A stretch of 64,000 nt of DNA from an uncultured bacterium (GCA_965662235.1 CBFIGY010000003.1:160001-224000), one strand, 5' to 3'. Shown: positions 30,161 to 40,342, counted from the first letter of the stretch. Made by a program: numbers and translations. The notes: generated by a model not told the origin, from the letters alone.

Positions 30161-31153
30161 CTAGTGAGTTTGCGAAGGGTCCGGCTCTTCCGGAACCCGG
30201 TAGTTCTGTCCATACAGGAAGTAGGGAATCCCGCCCAGCAGGTACACCCCCAACTGCACCACAATGAAGAGGTTGAACACATCCGCCCCGCCGTTGAGGC
30301 CCACCAGGTGGTAAAGCGACTCAAACGCCGCGTGCCCGACCCCCACTCCTCCTGGGGCAATCGGCAGAGCCACGGTGATGAGTCCAATGGGCATGATGAA
30401 GAACTGGGTTGCCAGGTCGAGGCCCCCAATGCTCAGCAGCTGCGCCGCCTGGAAGAAGAGCAGGGCAATCAGGCTGTGAATAGCAATGGCAATCAGCAGG
30501 GTCGCCAGCAGGGTCCGTTTGCGGTACTGGTAGCTCTTGAAGGCATGGTAAACCTTGAGCGTGAAGTCACTTCCGGGAAGGCGCTGCAGCAGGCGAATGA
30601 AGGGGTCCCGCCCCTCTCGAAACGGGAAAAGCGCGATGGCATAAAACAGCAGCGTCCCCCCAAACAGCCCTGTGATCAGCCACGCCAGGGAGTGCAGCGA
30701 CTGCCGTGCCAGGATCAGGTTGAGGTTCGCCACCAAGGCGCCAAACGCCATGAAGATCAGCCCAAAGAGTCCGACAAACCGATCAATCAGCAACGTCATG
30801 AAGGCCCGGGTTCGCCCCTCCTCCTGCTGTGAACGGATGATGTAGTAGCCCTTCACCACATCACCGGTCACGGCGCCCGGAAGCGTTGTGTTGAAGAAGT
30901 TGCCAATCCAGGTAAGCAAGAAGGTCCGCAACGGAGGCACCTCCAGCCCAATGGCCCGTAGCAGCAGCCACCAGCGCAGGGCCGTCATCGGAACCACCAT
31001 CAGCGCCAGCACTCCCAGCATCAGCAGCAGCACTCCCGGAGCCTCCTGAAAGAGCAACAGCCGCTCAAAGTTCAAGCGTCCGCTCTCCACCAGGTACGCC
31101 AGGATGGCGACCACAAAACCCAGCTTGAGGATGAGGGTGACAATCCGCTTCAT
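30161..31153 (-). CDS. Lysylphosphatidylglycerol-synthase TM/flippase-like membrane protein (UPF0104)
   Basis: LRWWLLL, FFNTTLPGAVTGDVVK, DRFVGL, LPIAPGGVGVG. Confidence 0.85.
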   Translation of the reverse strand: MKRIVTLILKLGFVVAILAYLVESGRLNFERLLLFQEAPGVLLLMLGVLALMVVPMTALRWWLLLRAIGLEVPPLRTFLLTWIGNFFNTTLPGAVTGDVVKGYYIIRSQQEEGRTRAFMTLLIDRFVGLFGLIFMAFGALVANLNLILARQSLHSLAWLITGLFGGTLLFYAIALFPFREGRDPFIRLLQRLPGSDFTLKVYHAFKSYQYRKRTLLATLLIAIAIHSLIALLFFQAAQLLSIGGLDLATQFFIMPIGLITVALPIAPGGVGVGHAAFESLYHLVGLNGGADVFNLFIVVQLGVYLLGGIPYFLYGQNYRVPEEPDPSQTH

Positions 31154-31175
31154 GAAAAATAAAGTCTCTTGGTGC

Positions 31176-31646
31176 TTAGAAATGAGTCCGGGCCTGCGCG
31201 GCCGCAACGAGCAAGTATCCGGCAATGAAGAGAAATGAAAAGCCGAAGCTTCCCACCCATGCGCCCAGCAGGGGCCAGACCGCTCCGCAACCAGCGCCTA
31301 CAAGCAGGTGGATGCCTTCCACCCAAAGGGTCTTCCGCGCAAAGGGTTGGCCGCAGTGCCGACACCGGAACCGTTGACGCCAGGCGCTCCACAGCGGAAG
31401 GTTTTCATGCCAGGCCAGCACCGTTCCGCAGCAGAAGCAAAAGGAGCGGGCCGGATTCCAAGGAGCAAGCCGACCGGCAGCCAACGCAGCCCGAAGCAAC
31501 TCCGGCGTGTCCGGATCCGCCAGCAGGCGGGCTTTTTCCTGCGGACGGAACCACTGCAGGCTCCAGCGTTCCGCCGTTGCCTGAGCAAAGCTGCCCAGCA
31601 CCGCTCCCAGCAGGGCGCCCAAGATGCCTCCGATCACCGTCAGCAC
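31176..31646 (-). CDS. Stand-alone prepilin peptidase N-terminal (A24 N, Zn/methylase) domain
   Basis: LGSF, RSFCFCC, WHENLP, RCRHC, VE; ends after about 2 further TM with no aspartic-peptidase half; GTG start uncertain. Confidence 0.75.
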   Translation of the reverse strand: MLTVIGGILGALLGAVLGSFAQATAERWSLQWFRPQEKARLLADPDTPELLRAALAAGRLAPWNPARSFCFCCGTVLAWHENLPLWSAWRQRFRCRHCGQPFARKTLWVEGIHLLVGAGCGAVWPLLGAWVGSFGFSFLFIAGYLLVAAAQARTHF

Positions 31647-31751
31647 AGGTGCCTCTGCAGATGCTCCGCAACCCTGCATCCCGCTATTGTGTTCCCGGGG
31701 AAGTGCGGTATGCTCGTTCGGTTACTGTAGACTCCAACGCAGGAAAGATTC

Positions 31752-32699
31752 ATGAACAAGATTGCCCGGGTCTTGCGCATCCTTGGTGAAGAAACCCGAC
31801 TCCGCATTCTGGTGCTGGTGTCCCGCACCCCCCTCAATGTGAGCGAACTGACCAGCATCTTGGGCATGGCGCAATCCGGAATTTCACGGCACCTCAGTCA
31901 CTTGAGAAAGATGGGCCTGCTGCAGGAACAGCGAGACGGGGTGTGGACCTATTATCAGCTCGCGCAGAAGGAGGCTCTAGATGACGACCTTGGGACCCTG
32001 TGGGACTACCTCCACACACAGCTGGCCACCCTCAATGATCCCTACAGCGACCTGGTTCGCTTAGAGACCATTCTCCGACAGCGACGGCCCAGCACCTCTG
32101 GCCTCAACGAGCGCCTGCTGGAGCCCGGGCAGTCCTGGTATGCCTGGTCTCGTCTCCTTGCCCTCCTGATGGCGCCCCTTCCGGGGGGGCAGGCGTTTGC
32201 GCCGTCCGGAGTCGAGATTGCGGATCTCGGATGCGGAGATGGAACCCTGACCATTGAGATGGCCCGTTTTGCGGCGCGGGTGGTTGCCGTGGACTACAAT
32301 CCGGCAGCACTGGCGGCAACCCGGCAGCGGGTGGAGCGCCTGCAGATGCCCCATGTTGAGCTGTTGGGGTGCAACGTCAATGCCCTGACGCTGGAGTCGG
32401 AAAGCCTCGACGTTGTCGTTTTTTCGCAGTCCCTGCACCACCTGCATGATCCCATGAGTGGTTTTCGGGAAGCGGCGCGGGTGCTGCGTCCGGGGGGGCG
32501 GGTGCTGGTGATGGAACTGGCCGCCCATCAGGAGGCGTGGGTTCAGGAAAAGTTGGGGCACCAGTGGTTGGGTTTCACTGAGGCCGAGCTGACCCGCATG
32601 CTGGAGGAAGCGGGGCTCCAGCGTCTGCACTGTGAAACCCTGATGCCCGGACGGGAGGACCTCTTTCAGGTTCTGCTCTTCAGCGGGCACAAGCCCTGA
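31752..32699 (+). CDS. ArsR HTH fused to a SAM-dependent methyltransferase-like domain (SahR-like regulator)
   Basis: TRLRIL, QSGISRHL; ADLGCGDG, SLHH, LRPGG, GHQWLGF. Confidence 0.85.
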   Translation: MNKIARVLRILGEETRLRILVLVSRTPLNVSELTSILGMAQSGISRHLSHLRKMGLLQEQRDGVWTYYQLAQKEALDDDLGTLWDYLHTQLATLNDPYSDLVRLETILRQRRPSTSGLNERLLEPGQSWYAWSRLLALLMAPLPGGQAFAPSGVEIADLGCGDGTLTIEMARFAARVVAVDYNPAALAATRQRVERLQMPHVELLGCNVNALTLESESLDVVVFSQSLHHLHDPMSGFREAARVLRPGGRVLVMELAAHQEAWVQEKLGHQWLGFTEAELTRMLEEAGLQRLHCETLMPGREDLFQVLLFSGHKP

Positions 32700-33749
32700 T
32701 CACACCGCGTACTGCTGGGTGTAATAATCCCGGTAGGCTCCGGAAGTGACCGCGCTCACCCAATCCTGATGGTCCAAGTACCAGCGGACGGTTTTGGTGA
32801 TTCCGGACTCAAACGTGTGCTTCGGCGCCCACCCCAGTTCACGCTGGATCTTCGAGGCGTCAATCGCGTAACGCTGATCGTGCCCGGGCCGGTCCTTGAC
32901 GAAGGTGATCAGGTTCAGGCACGACTGCTCTCCGGAACGTCCCAGCTCCGCGTCCAGCAAACTGCAGACGAGCTTAACGATGTCGAGGTTCTTCCACTCG
33001 TTGTGTCCGCCGATGGCGTAGGTTTCTCCGGAAACGCCCTGATGAAACACCAGGTCGATGGCCGCACAGTGATCTTCCACAAACAGCCAATCCCGGACGT
33101 TGCTACCGTCTCCGTAAACGGGGATCGGCTTCTCCTCAAGGCAGTTGTTGATCAGCAGCGGAATCAACTTTTCAGGGAAGTGATACGGTCCGTAGTTGTT
33201 GGAGCAGTTGGTGGTCACCACGTTCATGCCATAGGTGTGGTGCCAGGCTCGGACTAGGTGATCGGAAGCTGCTTTTGACGCCGAGTAAGGGGAGTTCGGC
33301 GCATAAGGCGTGGTCTCTTCAAAAAGACCTTCTGGCCCCAGCGAGCCAAACACTTCGTCGGTGCTGACGTGATGAAACCGGTGGGCGGCAAGGTCGTCTT
33401 TCCAGAACGCCCGGGCGGCTTCCAGCAGATTGAAGGTGCCCTGCACATTGGTTTCAATGAAGTCCGAGGGTCCGGAGATGCTCCGGTCTACATGCGACTC
33501 TGCCGCCAGGTGCACCACGCCTTCAACCTGGTACTGCTCAAACACCCGCTCAATGCTTGAGCGCTCACGCAGATCCCCTTGCACAAAGTGGTAGTTGGGC
33601 GCCAACTCCACACTCTTGAGGTTCGCCAGGTTTCCGGCGTAGGTCAGCGCATCAAAGTTGATCACCTCGTCCTCCGGATGCTCTTGGAGCCAGTGGTGCA
33701 CCAGGTTGCTCCCAATAAAGCCGGCCCCGCCGGTAATCATCACACGCAT
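32700..33749 (-). CDS. rfbB: dTDP-glucose 4,6-dehydratase
   Basis: [43 protein letters not shown]. Confidence 0.96.
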   Translation of the reverse strand: MRVMITGGAGFIGSNLVHHWLQEHPEDEVINFDALTYAGNLANLKSVELAPNYHFVQGDLRERSSIERVFEQYQVEGVVHLAAESHVDRSISGPSDFIETNVQGTFNLLEAARAFWKDDLAAHRFHHVSTDEVFGSLGPEGLFEETTPYAPNSPYSASKAASDHLVRAWHHTYGMNVVTTNCSNNYGPYHFPEKLIPLLINNCLEEKPIPVYGDGSNVRDWLFVEDHCAAIDLVFHQGVSGETYAIGGHNEWKNLDIVKLVCSLLDAELGRSGEQSCLNLITFVKDRPGHDQRYAIDASKIQRELGWAPKHTFESGITKTVRWYLDHQDWVSAVTSGAYRDYYTQQYAV

Positions 33750-33750
33750 C

Positions 33751-34164
33751 TTAAAACGAACTCTGCAGAAGGGTGACCTCGTGACGCGGACCGTTTTGCG
33801 TCCACTGAGTATGCGGAACCAGTGCTTCCGGATGCCAGGCCCACTCGCCGCCTTCATGATTCAGCAGCCCCGGCGCCTGGGCAAACGGATCGTTGCTGGC
33901 GTTCGCGACAAAGCCATACAGCATGCCCCCCAGAATGCCAATCGCGGCACCCCGGACCATGTACTTGGAAAAGAGCTTGTCTTCCTTGTCTTCATCTTGG
34001 AGCGCCCAAGAGGCTGCGCCTACGACGCCGCCAATGGCACCGCCCCACAAGGTGTTCTGAAAGACGCTCTTGAGCTCCTGAGCGCTTGCCGAGCGCGTCG
34101 GCACGCCCGCAAACAGTACACTGAGGAGGACTCCAGAAATCATCCATGTCTTCAATCGCAACAT
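33751..34164 (-). CDS. Secreted glycine-zipper hypothetical protein with terminal Phe
   Basis: Signal peptide (ASA-Q); GGAIGGVVG / GAAIGILGG hairpin; ends VTLLQSSF. Confidence 0.7.
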   Translation of the reverse strand: MLRLKTWMISGVLLSVLFAGVPTRSASAQELKSVFQNTLWGGAIGGVVGAASWALQDEDKEDKLFSKYMVRGAAIGILGGMLYGFVANASNDPFAQAPGLLNHEGGEWAWHPEALVPHTQWTQNGPRHEVTLLQSSF

Positions 34165-34259
34165 CTCAACTCCATTTGAGAAGGTCATTAGGGGGATTTG
34201 GTTTGGGGTAATGGATTAGCGTATCGGAAATTCCGGGAGCCTGCAAATGCGGGTTGCGG

Positions 34260-35045
34260 TCAGTACGCCAATTCAGTTCCGTGATCACCGTCTCGCAGCT
34301 CCTGCACCGTCTGTGCGGCACCGCTGGCCATGAAGCGTGCATCCGAGCCCACGGTCACCAACCGGAAGCCCTGGGCCACCATCCGCTTGGCATACGCGAC
34401 GCTGCCGCAGTGAATGCCCGCCTGCTTGCCCTGCTTCTGGGCCGCCTGCAGAATTCGCTCAAGGGCGTCCAGCATCACTGGTTCCTCGGAGTCAAAGTGG
34501 GCGTGCAGTCCCAAAGAAAGGGCCAGGTCATTCGGACCAATGTAGAGTCCATCCAGACCCGGAACCGCAGCAATCGCTTCCACCTGTTCCAGGGCCTCTC
34601 GGGTTTCAATCATGGCCATGAGGACCACCGTGGTGTTGGCCTGCTGAGCATACTCCTTGCCGGCATACAGCGACGCCCGGATGGGACCGTAGCTGCGGCT
34701 GCCCAGTGGCGGATAACGGGTGGCGGCAACCAGCTGCTGAGCCTGCTCCACCGAGTTGATCATGGGGCAGATGAGCCCGTAACTTCCGGCGTCCAGCATC
34801 TTCATGAGGATGCCCGGATCGTTCCAAGGCACCCGACACATCGGCACCGCATCTGTTGTGGAAAGAGCCACCAGCATCGGCACCGCGTCCGAGTAGTCAA
34901 TCATTCCGTGCTGCAGGTCCAGCGTCACTGAATCAAACCCCTGGTGGGCCATGATTTCAGCAGAGAGGCTATGCGGGAGGCTCAACCAGCCGTTGTAGAC
35001 CGGCTGGTCGGCGGCCCAGAGTTCACGGATGCGATTCGGACGCAT
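34260..35045 (-). CDS. HpcH/HpaI aldolase-family protein
   Basis: LDLQHG, LDAGSYG, YPPLGSRSYG, MIET, YIGPNDL. Confidence 0.9.
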   Translation of the reverse strand: MRPNRIRELWAADQPVYNGWLSLPHSLSAEIMAHQGFDSVTLDLQHGMIDYSDAVPMLVALSTTDAVPMCRVPWNDPGILMKMLDAGSYGLICPMINSVEQAQQLVAATRYPPLGSRSYGPIRASLYAGKEYAQQANTTVVLMAMIETREALEQVEAIAAVPGLDGLYIGPNDLALSLGLHAHFDSEEPVMLDALERILQAAQKQGKQAGIHCGSVAYAKRMVAQGFRLVTVGSDARFMASGAAQTVQELRDGDHGTELAY

Positions 35046-35088
35046 AGGGGCTCCTTAAGGGAACAGAGGAAGAGAGACGCTCACGTGG

Positions 35089-36447
35089 CTAGGCCGCATG
35101 AGCCACCCGAAGGAGGTCCTCCGGATCCGTCAGTTTCACACGCGGACGCCCCAGCGGCACACCGGCTTCCACTTCGTGGGCGTCAATGCGCTTCCAGTCG
35201 TCAAAGCTGACAAAGGCCAGGTTCCGCTGCTGCAACAGCGCTACGATGTCCGGAGCCCCTTGAGGGCTCCACCCTTGCTCCTGAAAGGTCTGGAGCATCG
35301 TCTGGACCGATTCCACGGCACAGGGTTTGTTGGTTCCCACCACACCACTGGGGCCCCGCTTGATCCAGCCGGCCACGTACTCGCGCTGGTTGTTTTCCGG
35401 ATTGAGCACCTTTCCCTTTTCATGAGGAATGGTCGCTGTCTTTTCGTCAAACACAACGTCTGGAAGCGGAACGCCTCGGTAGCCGACTGCCCGGAAGAGC
35501 AGCTGGGCCGAAAGCTCAAAGGCCTCCTCAGTGGCCACTGCCCGCGTTCGTCCGTTGGCGGCCTCCAGACGGTTCCGGACCAGCTGCACAGCCTCCAGCG
35601 AATCCTGACCCAGCAGCTCGGTGGGAGACGCACAGAACACCAAGTGCAGCCGCTTGGGCTTGCCTGTGAGGGAGCGGGTGGACAGCGTCCGGAGGATTTC
35701 CAGATTCTGCTCGGTCTGCCGACCCGATGAGGCCAACTCCGCCTGACTGGCTTCATCCAGCTCCAGGTCTTCCGGACGCACCACGGTGTCCACCAGGGGA
35801 AGCTCTCCGAGCTCGCGCGCTTCCGTGGGAGTAAACGCTGCCTGAACCGGTCCCCGTCGCCCAATGAGGTAGATGTCCTCAATGGCGCTGTTGGTCAACG
35901 CTTCCAGAGCATAGGGCGCAATGTCGGTCTTGGCCAATGCTTCCGGCGTGTGTGAAAGGATCCGAGCGACATCGACCGCAACGTTACCGACTCCGACGAC
36001 AACGGCTGCCTTCGCCTGGAGGTTGAACTCTAGGTGCCGGAAGTCCGGGTGCCCGTTGTACCAGGCGACAAACTCGGTCGCCGAGTGAACCCCGGAGAGG
36101 TCCTCTCCCGGAAGTCCCAGCCTGCGGTCGGAGCTGCTGCCGACGGCGTACAGCACCGCGTCATAGTGTTCCAGCAGCTCGGCACGGGTGACGTCTCGTC
36201 CAAATTCCACGTTTCCAAAGAACCGGAACCCCGGTTTGAGGGCAATGCGCTCAAAGATCTTGGTCACGGACTTGATCTTCTGATGATCCGGAGCCACGCC
36301 TCCGCGGACCAGACCATAAGGGGTGGGAAGCCGTTCAAACAGGTCCACCATGAGGACGCCTTCAGGCTGCTTGAGCAGTTCCTGTGCTGCATAAAAAGCC
36401 GAGGGGCCAGAGCCCACAATGGCCACTTTCCAGGGAGATTCAGACAT
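35089..36447 (-). CDS. Ferredoxin--NADP+ reductase, adrenodoxin-reductase/FprA type
   Basis: GSGPSAFY, PYGLVRGGVAPDH, GVGNVAVDVAR, GRRGP, GWIKRGPSG. Confidence 0.9.
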   Translation of the reverse strand: MSESPWKVAIVGSGPSAFYAAQELLKQPEGVLMVDLFERLPTPYGLVRGGVAPDHQKIKSVTKIFERIALKPGFRFFGNVEFGRDVTRAELLEHYDAVLYAVGSSSDRRLGLPGEDLSGVHSATEFVAWYNGHPDFRHLEFNLQAKAAVVVGVGNVAVDVARILSHTPEALAKTDIAPYALEALTNSAIEDIYLIGRRGPVQAAFTPTEARELGELPLVDTVVRPEDLELDEASQAELASSGRQTEQNLEILRTLSTRSLTGKPKRLHLVFCASPTELLGQDSLEAVQLVRNRLEAANGRTRAVATEEAFELSAQLLFRAVGYRGVPLPDVVFDEKTATIPHEKGKVLNPENNQREYVAGWIKRGPSGVVGTNKPCAVESVQTMLQTFQEQGWSPQGAPDIVALLQQRNLAFVSFDDWKRIDAHEVEAGVPLGRPRVKLTDPEDLLRVAHAA

Positions 36448-36487
36448 GGAGAGGCTTACGAAAAAGAGAGAGTGGCGGGCCTAAGGT

Positions 36488-37417
36488 TCACGCGTGTCCA
36501 GAAAACTGCTTCAGGATCTCGGAGCCCCCTTGATCCAGCAGCTGCTGGGCTACGGTCCGGCCAAGCTCAACCGCCTGCTGCCGGGGCGCGGTCGCTTGGG
36601 CCTTCAGGAGCGTCTGGCCATCCGGAGAGCCCACTCGGGCCTCAAGGTGCAGGTGCTCTTGGTGCAGCTCCGCGTAGCCCGCAAGGGGCACCTGGCAGTT
36701 GCCTTCCAGCACCGCGAGCACCTCACGCTCGGCCTGCACACAGTCTCGAGTCGCCGTGTGCTCCAGGTGTTCCAGCCAGCGGAGGGTTTCGGTGTCTCCA
36801 ACGCGGGTTTCAATGCCAATTGCGCCCTGCGCAATCGCAGGCAGCATCACCTGCTGAGGCAGCACCGCCCGGATCTCATGTTCCAGTTCCAGCCGCTTCA
36901 GTCCAGAAACCGCAAGCACCGCCGCATCGTACTCACCATCGTGCACCTTCCGGAGCCGTGTTTCCACATTGCCACGCAGGGTCTTGATTTCCAGATCCGG
37001 ACGGGCATGCTTCAGCTGAGCGGCTCGGCGCAGGGAACTGGTTCCCACCACAGCCCCTTCCGGAAGCTCCTCCAGTGAGGCGTAGTGAGGCGACACCCAC
37101 GCGTCTCCGGGATGGTCACGCTCTGTGATGATGGAGATCTCCAGACCCTCTGGCAAAAACGCCATAACGTCCTTCATGCTGTGCACCGCAAGATCAGCGC
37201 GCCCGTCCAGCAGCGCGTCTTCCAGCTCCTTGATGAACAGTCCCTTGCCCCCAATCAAGGCGAGGGGACGGTCGAGGATCTGATCGCCTCGGGTGGTCAG
37301 GGTCACGAGTTCGACAGAGAGGTGCGGGTGCGCCTGCTGAATGCCAGCGCGTACCCATTCTGCTTGCCAGAGGGCCAAGCGGCTCGCTCGAGTGGCAATG
37401 CGCAAGCAATCAGTCAT
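36488..37417 (-). CDS. hemC: Hydroxymethylbilane synthase
   Basis: ATRASRLALWQ, GGKGLF, VHSMKD, GTSSLRR, LRGNV, LEGNC. Confidence 0.97.
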   Translation of the reverse strand: MTDCLRIATRASRLALWQAEWVRAGIQQAHPHLSVELVTLTTRGDQILDRPLALIGGKGLFIKELEDALLDGRADLAVHSMKDVMAFLPEGLEISIITERDHPGDAWVSPHYASLEELPEGAVVGTSSLRRAAQLKHARPDLEIKTLRGNVETRLRKVHDGEYDAAVLAVSGLKRLELEHEIRAVLPQQVMLPAIAQGAIGIETRVGDTETLRWLEHLEHTATRDCVQAEREVLAVLEGNCQVPLAGYAELHQEHLHLEARVGSPDGQTLLKAQATAPRQQAVELGRTVAQQLLDQGGSEILKQFSGHA

Positions 37418-38730
37418 GCAGGCTTTTGAATCAGGCGTAACAGGGGCTCCGGAGCCTTCTTGGGCCCATCGGATTCAAGGTCGTTCAGCTCAAAGAGGTC
37501 CCGGACGGTGTCCACATAGACCGGAAACTCTTCCAGCTGGCTTCGTTCGCGGAGGGTCAAGGTGGGGGTGTGGAGGAGTTTGTTGATGAAGCTGCGCATG
37601 CCCTGGGCCAGGAGTTCCTGATCCTTCTCTGAAAGGGGACCCATGCGCTTGAGGAGCTTTTCGAGCTCCTGCTGCCCCATCTCATGGTAGCTCTCTCGCA
37701 GAGCGCGGATGACCGGAACCGCCGAGAGGGACTGGAACCAGCGGTCCACCAAGAGGACCTCTTCCTCGACAATTCGCTCGGCCTGCTCAGCTTGCCGCTG
37801 ACGCTCCTGCTGGTTCTGAGTGACCACGTTCTGGAGGTCATCAATGTCGAAGCAGTAGACGTCCTGGAGGCGGTTGACCTCTGGAGCGACGTCTCGCGGA
37901 ACAGCGATGTCGATGAAGAACATACGACGGCCCTTGCGCTTCTTCAGGGACTGGCGGACCAGCGGCTCCGTAATGACCGGCTCACGTGCGCCCGTGGACG
38001 TCAGGATGATGTCGGCATCCGCGAGGTACTCCCCAATCTGGTCAAACCGGATGGCGGCGCCCCGGTAGTCCTCAGCAAGGCGGGCCGCATTGGCAAAGGT
38101 CCGGTTGGCAACCAGCAGGCGCCGGCATCCGTTCCGGATCAGGTGCTTGACCGCAAGCTCGGCCATTTCTCCGGCCCCAACGATCATCACCGTCTGCTCC
38201 GACAGGTCATCAAAGATCTGGCGGGCCAGTTCCACAGCGGCGTAGCTGATGGAAACCGCGCTTCCGGCAATGGTGGTCTCGCTGCGGACGCGCTTGGCAG
38301 TGGCAAAGACCTTGGCAAAGAGGGGATTGAGCAAACGCCCGGTCCAGCCGGCTTCCTGGAAGCGGTGAAACGCTTCCTTGACCTGCCCCAGAATCTGCGG
38401 TTCTCCGAGCACCATTGAATCTAGGCTGGAAGCCACCCGGAAGAGGTGCTCAACGGCCTGAAGGTTGGTGCAGGTGTAGGCGGTTTGCGGAAGCTCCGGC
38501 ACGTTCCAGAAGCGCACCAGCTCCTCCATCAGCGCCGACGCCTCTGCTGGCATGCCGGCCACCACGACCTCTGTTCGGTTGCAGGTGCTGAGGATCATCA
38601 CCTCGCGGGCCTGCAACTTCTGACGCAGTTGGTGGGCCAGTTGCTCCTGCTGCTCAGGCGTCAGGGCCAAGCGATCTCGAACCTCAACAGGGGTGGTTCG
38701 GTAACTCCAGCCGATGAGAAAGAGGCGCAT
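37414..38730 (-). CDS. hemA: Glutamyl-tRNA reductase
   Basis: STCNRTE, SLDSMVLGEPQILGQ, GAGEM, DIAVPRD. Confidence 0.97.
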   Translation of the reverse strand: MRLFLIGWSYRTTPVEVRDRLALTPEQQEQLAHQLRQKLQAREVMILSTCNRTEVVVAGMPAEASALMEELVRFWNVPELPQTAYTCTNLQAVEHLFRVASSLDSMVLGEPQILGQVKEAFHRFQEAGWTGRLLNPLFAKVFATAKRVRSETTIAGSAVSISYAAVELARQIFDDLSEQTVMIVGAGEMAELAVKHLIRNGCRRLLVANRTFANAARLAEDYRGAAIRFDQIGEYLADADIILTSTGAREPVITEPLVRQSLKKRKGRRMFFIDIAVPRDVAPEVNRLQDVYCFDIDDLQNVVTQNQQERQRQAEQAERIVEEEVLLVDRWFQSLSAVPVIRALRESYHEMGQQELEKLLKRMGPLSEKDQELLAQGMRSFINKLLHTPTLTLRERSQLEEFPVYVDTVRDLFELNDLESDGPKKAPEPLLRLIQKPA

Positions 38731-38861
38731 GAAGGATTTCCTGATGGGAAGAATTCTGCGGGCGTTGTTGGGAACGAAGCAAAACAGAAGCCTCGACATT
38801 TGCACGAAATGCGTGAGAATTGTTACTTTTCAGCCGAAAAACTCAAGCTCCGATCCTTCTC

Positions 38862-39431
38862 ATGCTAAACTTCGTCTCCCGTTGGCTCACGGCCAACCAC
38901 CTGACTGCCGCGCGTGTTGTCCTGATTTTGCCAGTCGCTTTGGTGATGGAGTTGGCTCCGGAGTCACCCAACTGGTTGTTTTTTGGGTGGATCCTCTTCT
39001 TCATCGCCTGCTTGACCGACTGGTGGGACGGAATGCTCGCCCGGCACCAGGCCATGACCACCAAGCTCGGAAAATTACTGGACCCGGTTGCGGACAAACT
39101 GCTGGTCGGTAGCCTGCTCATCCTTCTGGTGGACATGGGTCGTGCCTCCGCCTGGTTGGTCGCCTTGCTGATGGCGCGCGAGTTGACCGTCACGGGGCTC
39201 CGTGCCGTTGCAGCCGCCGACAACATCGTCATTGCCGCCAACACGGGGGGCAAGTGGAAAACGATCTCGCAGATGACTGCCACAGGGTTCCTCATCATTC
39301 ACTATGAAACCCTCTGGCTGCCCTGCCATGAAATCGGCACCGCGCTGCTCTGGCTGGCCACAGCCCAGTCCCTTTGGACCGGCTGGGTCTACATCAAGGG
39401 CTACTTCGATGCCCTTCCGGCCAACGCCTAA
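38862..39431 (+). CDS. pgsA: CDP-diacylglycerol--glycerol-3-phosphate 3-phosphatidyltransferase
   Basis: NHLTAAR, TDWWDGMLAR, GKLLDPVADK, RE...GLR, GKWKT. Confidence 0.92.
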   Translation: MLNFVSRWLTANHLTAARVVLILPVALVMELAPESPNWLFFGWILFFIACLTDWWDGMLARHQAMTTKLGKLLDPVADKLLVGSLLILLVDMGRASAWLVALLMARELTVTGLRAVAAADNIVIAANTGGKWKTISQMTATGFLIIHYETLWLPCHEIGTALLWLATAQSLWTGWVYIKGYFDALPANA

Positions 39432-39505
39432 ACGCCCTTCCGCCCCCTCTTCAGAAGCCCCGGAGCCCTGCCCTTGTGGCAAGTGATGCTCCGGGCTCCC
39501 TTCCC

Positions 39506-39994
39506 TTATCGCGGGATGTGAATGCCGCGTTCATCAAAGCTTCCACGCTCCGCCCCCTGGTGACAGGCCGCACAGCGGGCGAAGGTCTTCACCTTCGGAT
39601 TTTGAGTCACGTAACGATCTGGCACTTCCCGGTGAATGGCTTGGAAGAACCGGGTTTCCGTCACCCGGATCGGGGTTCCCGGGGTGTCAAAGCGGTTTCC
39701 GTAACGCTGCTTGATCCGGGAGTGATCAAAGTTGTTCTTGCTCAAAAAGAGCTTCAGGGTCTGCATGGTGTTCTGATCCAACAACTCGGCGTTTTGCCCA
39801 AAGTGGTGATCGAGCTGCTGCAGCAGACGATCCCACGACTTTTGCGGAAGAAAGACCGGCGGGTAGGCCACATGACAAGAGCTACACTCCGAAGTGTACA
39901 GCTGACCTGGAGCATCTGCAGCCAGAGCGCTTCCGGCACCAGCCACGCTGAGGCACAGAACCGCATAAATGATTTTGATGAGAAGTTTCTGCAT
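39506..39994 (-). CDS. Dihaem cytochrome c (DHC family)
   Basis: Signal peptide; ECSSCH, YPPVFLP..SW, HHFG, RCAACH, AERGSFDE. Confidence 0.88.
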   Translation of the reverse strand: MQKLLIKIIYAVLCLSVAGAGSALAADAPGQLYTSECSSCHVAYPPVFLPQKSWDRLLQQLDHHFGQNAELLDQNTMQTLKLFLSKNNFDHSRIKQRYGNRFDTPGTPIRVTETRFFQAIHREVPDRYVTQNPKVKTFARCAACHQGAERGSFDERGIHIPR

Positions 39995-40342
39995 TGAATG
40001 GTTTACAGAGAGGGTGATCAAGCTTCAGAAACAAGACCCCGGAAGGGGAGTGAGCCAGCCCTGTGCCGAGCGCCTTGTTGTCAGGGAAAGGTGGGGTTCC
40101 GTGGAGGAGTCCGAGGCCGAATTGGTTTCTGAGGAGGGAGGGGTTTTTCCTCACAAGGAAGGACCTTGCTGGTGAACAGGTGCTCAGAAACCCCAACCAC
40201 CTCCCCAACGCGGATCCTTAATTATTCCCCACGATTCTCCCCAAAAACGAACCCGACGGCCCCGGTCGAGGCAACGTCCCAGTTCCGCTTTTTGCTGCCG
40301 GCCCCTGACTCCGATTGGCCTTCTAAATGAGGAGTTTCAATC

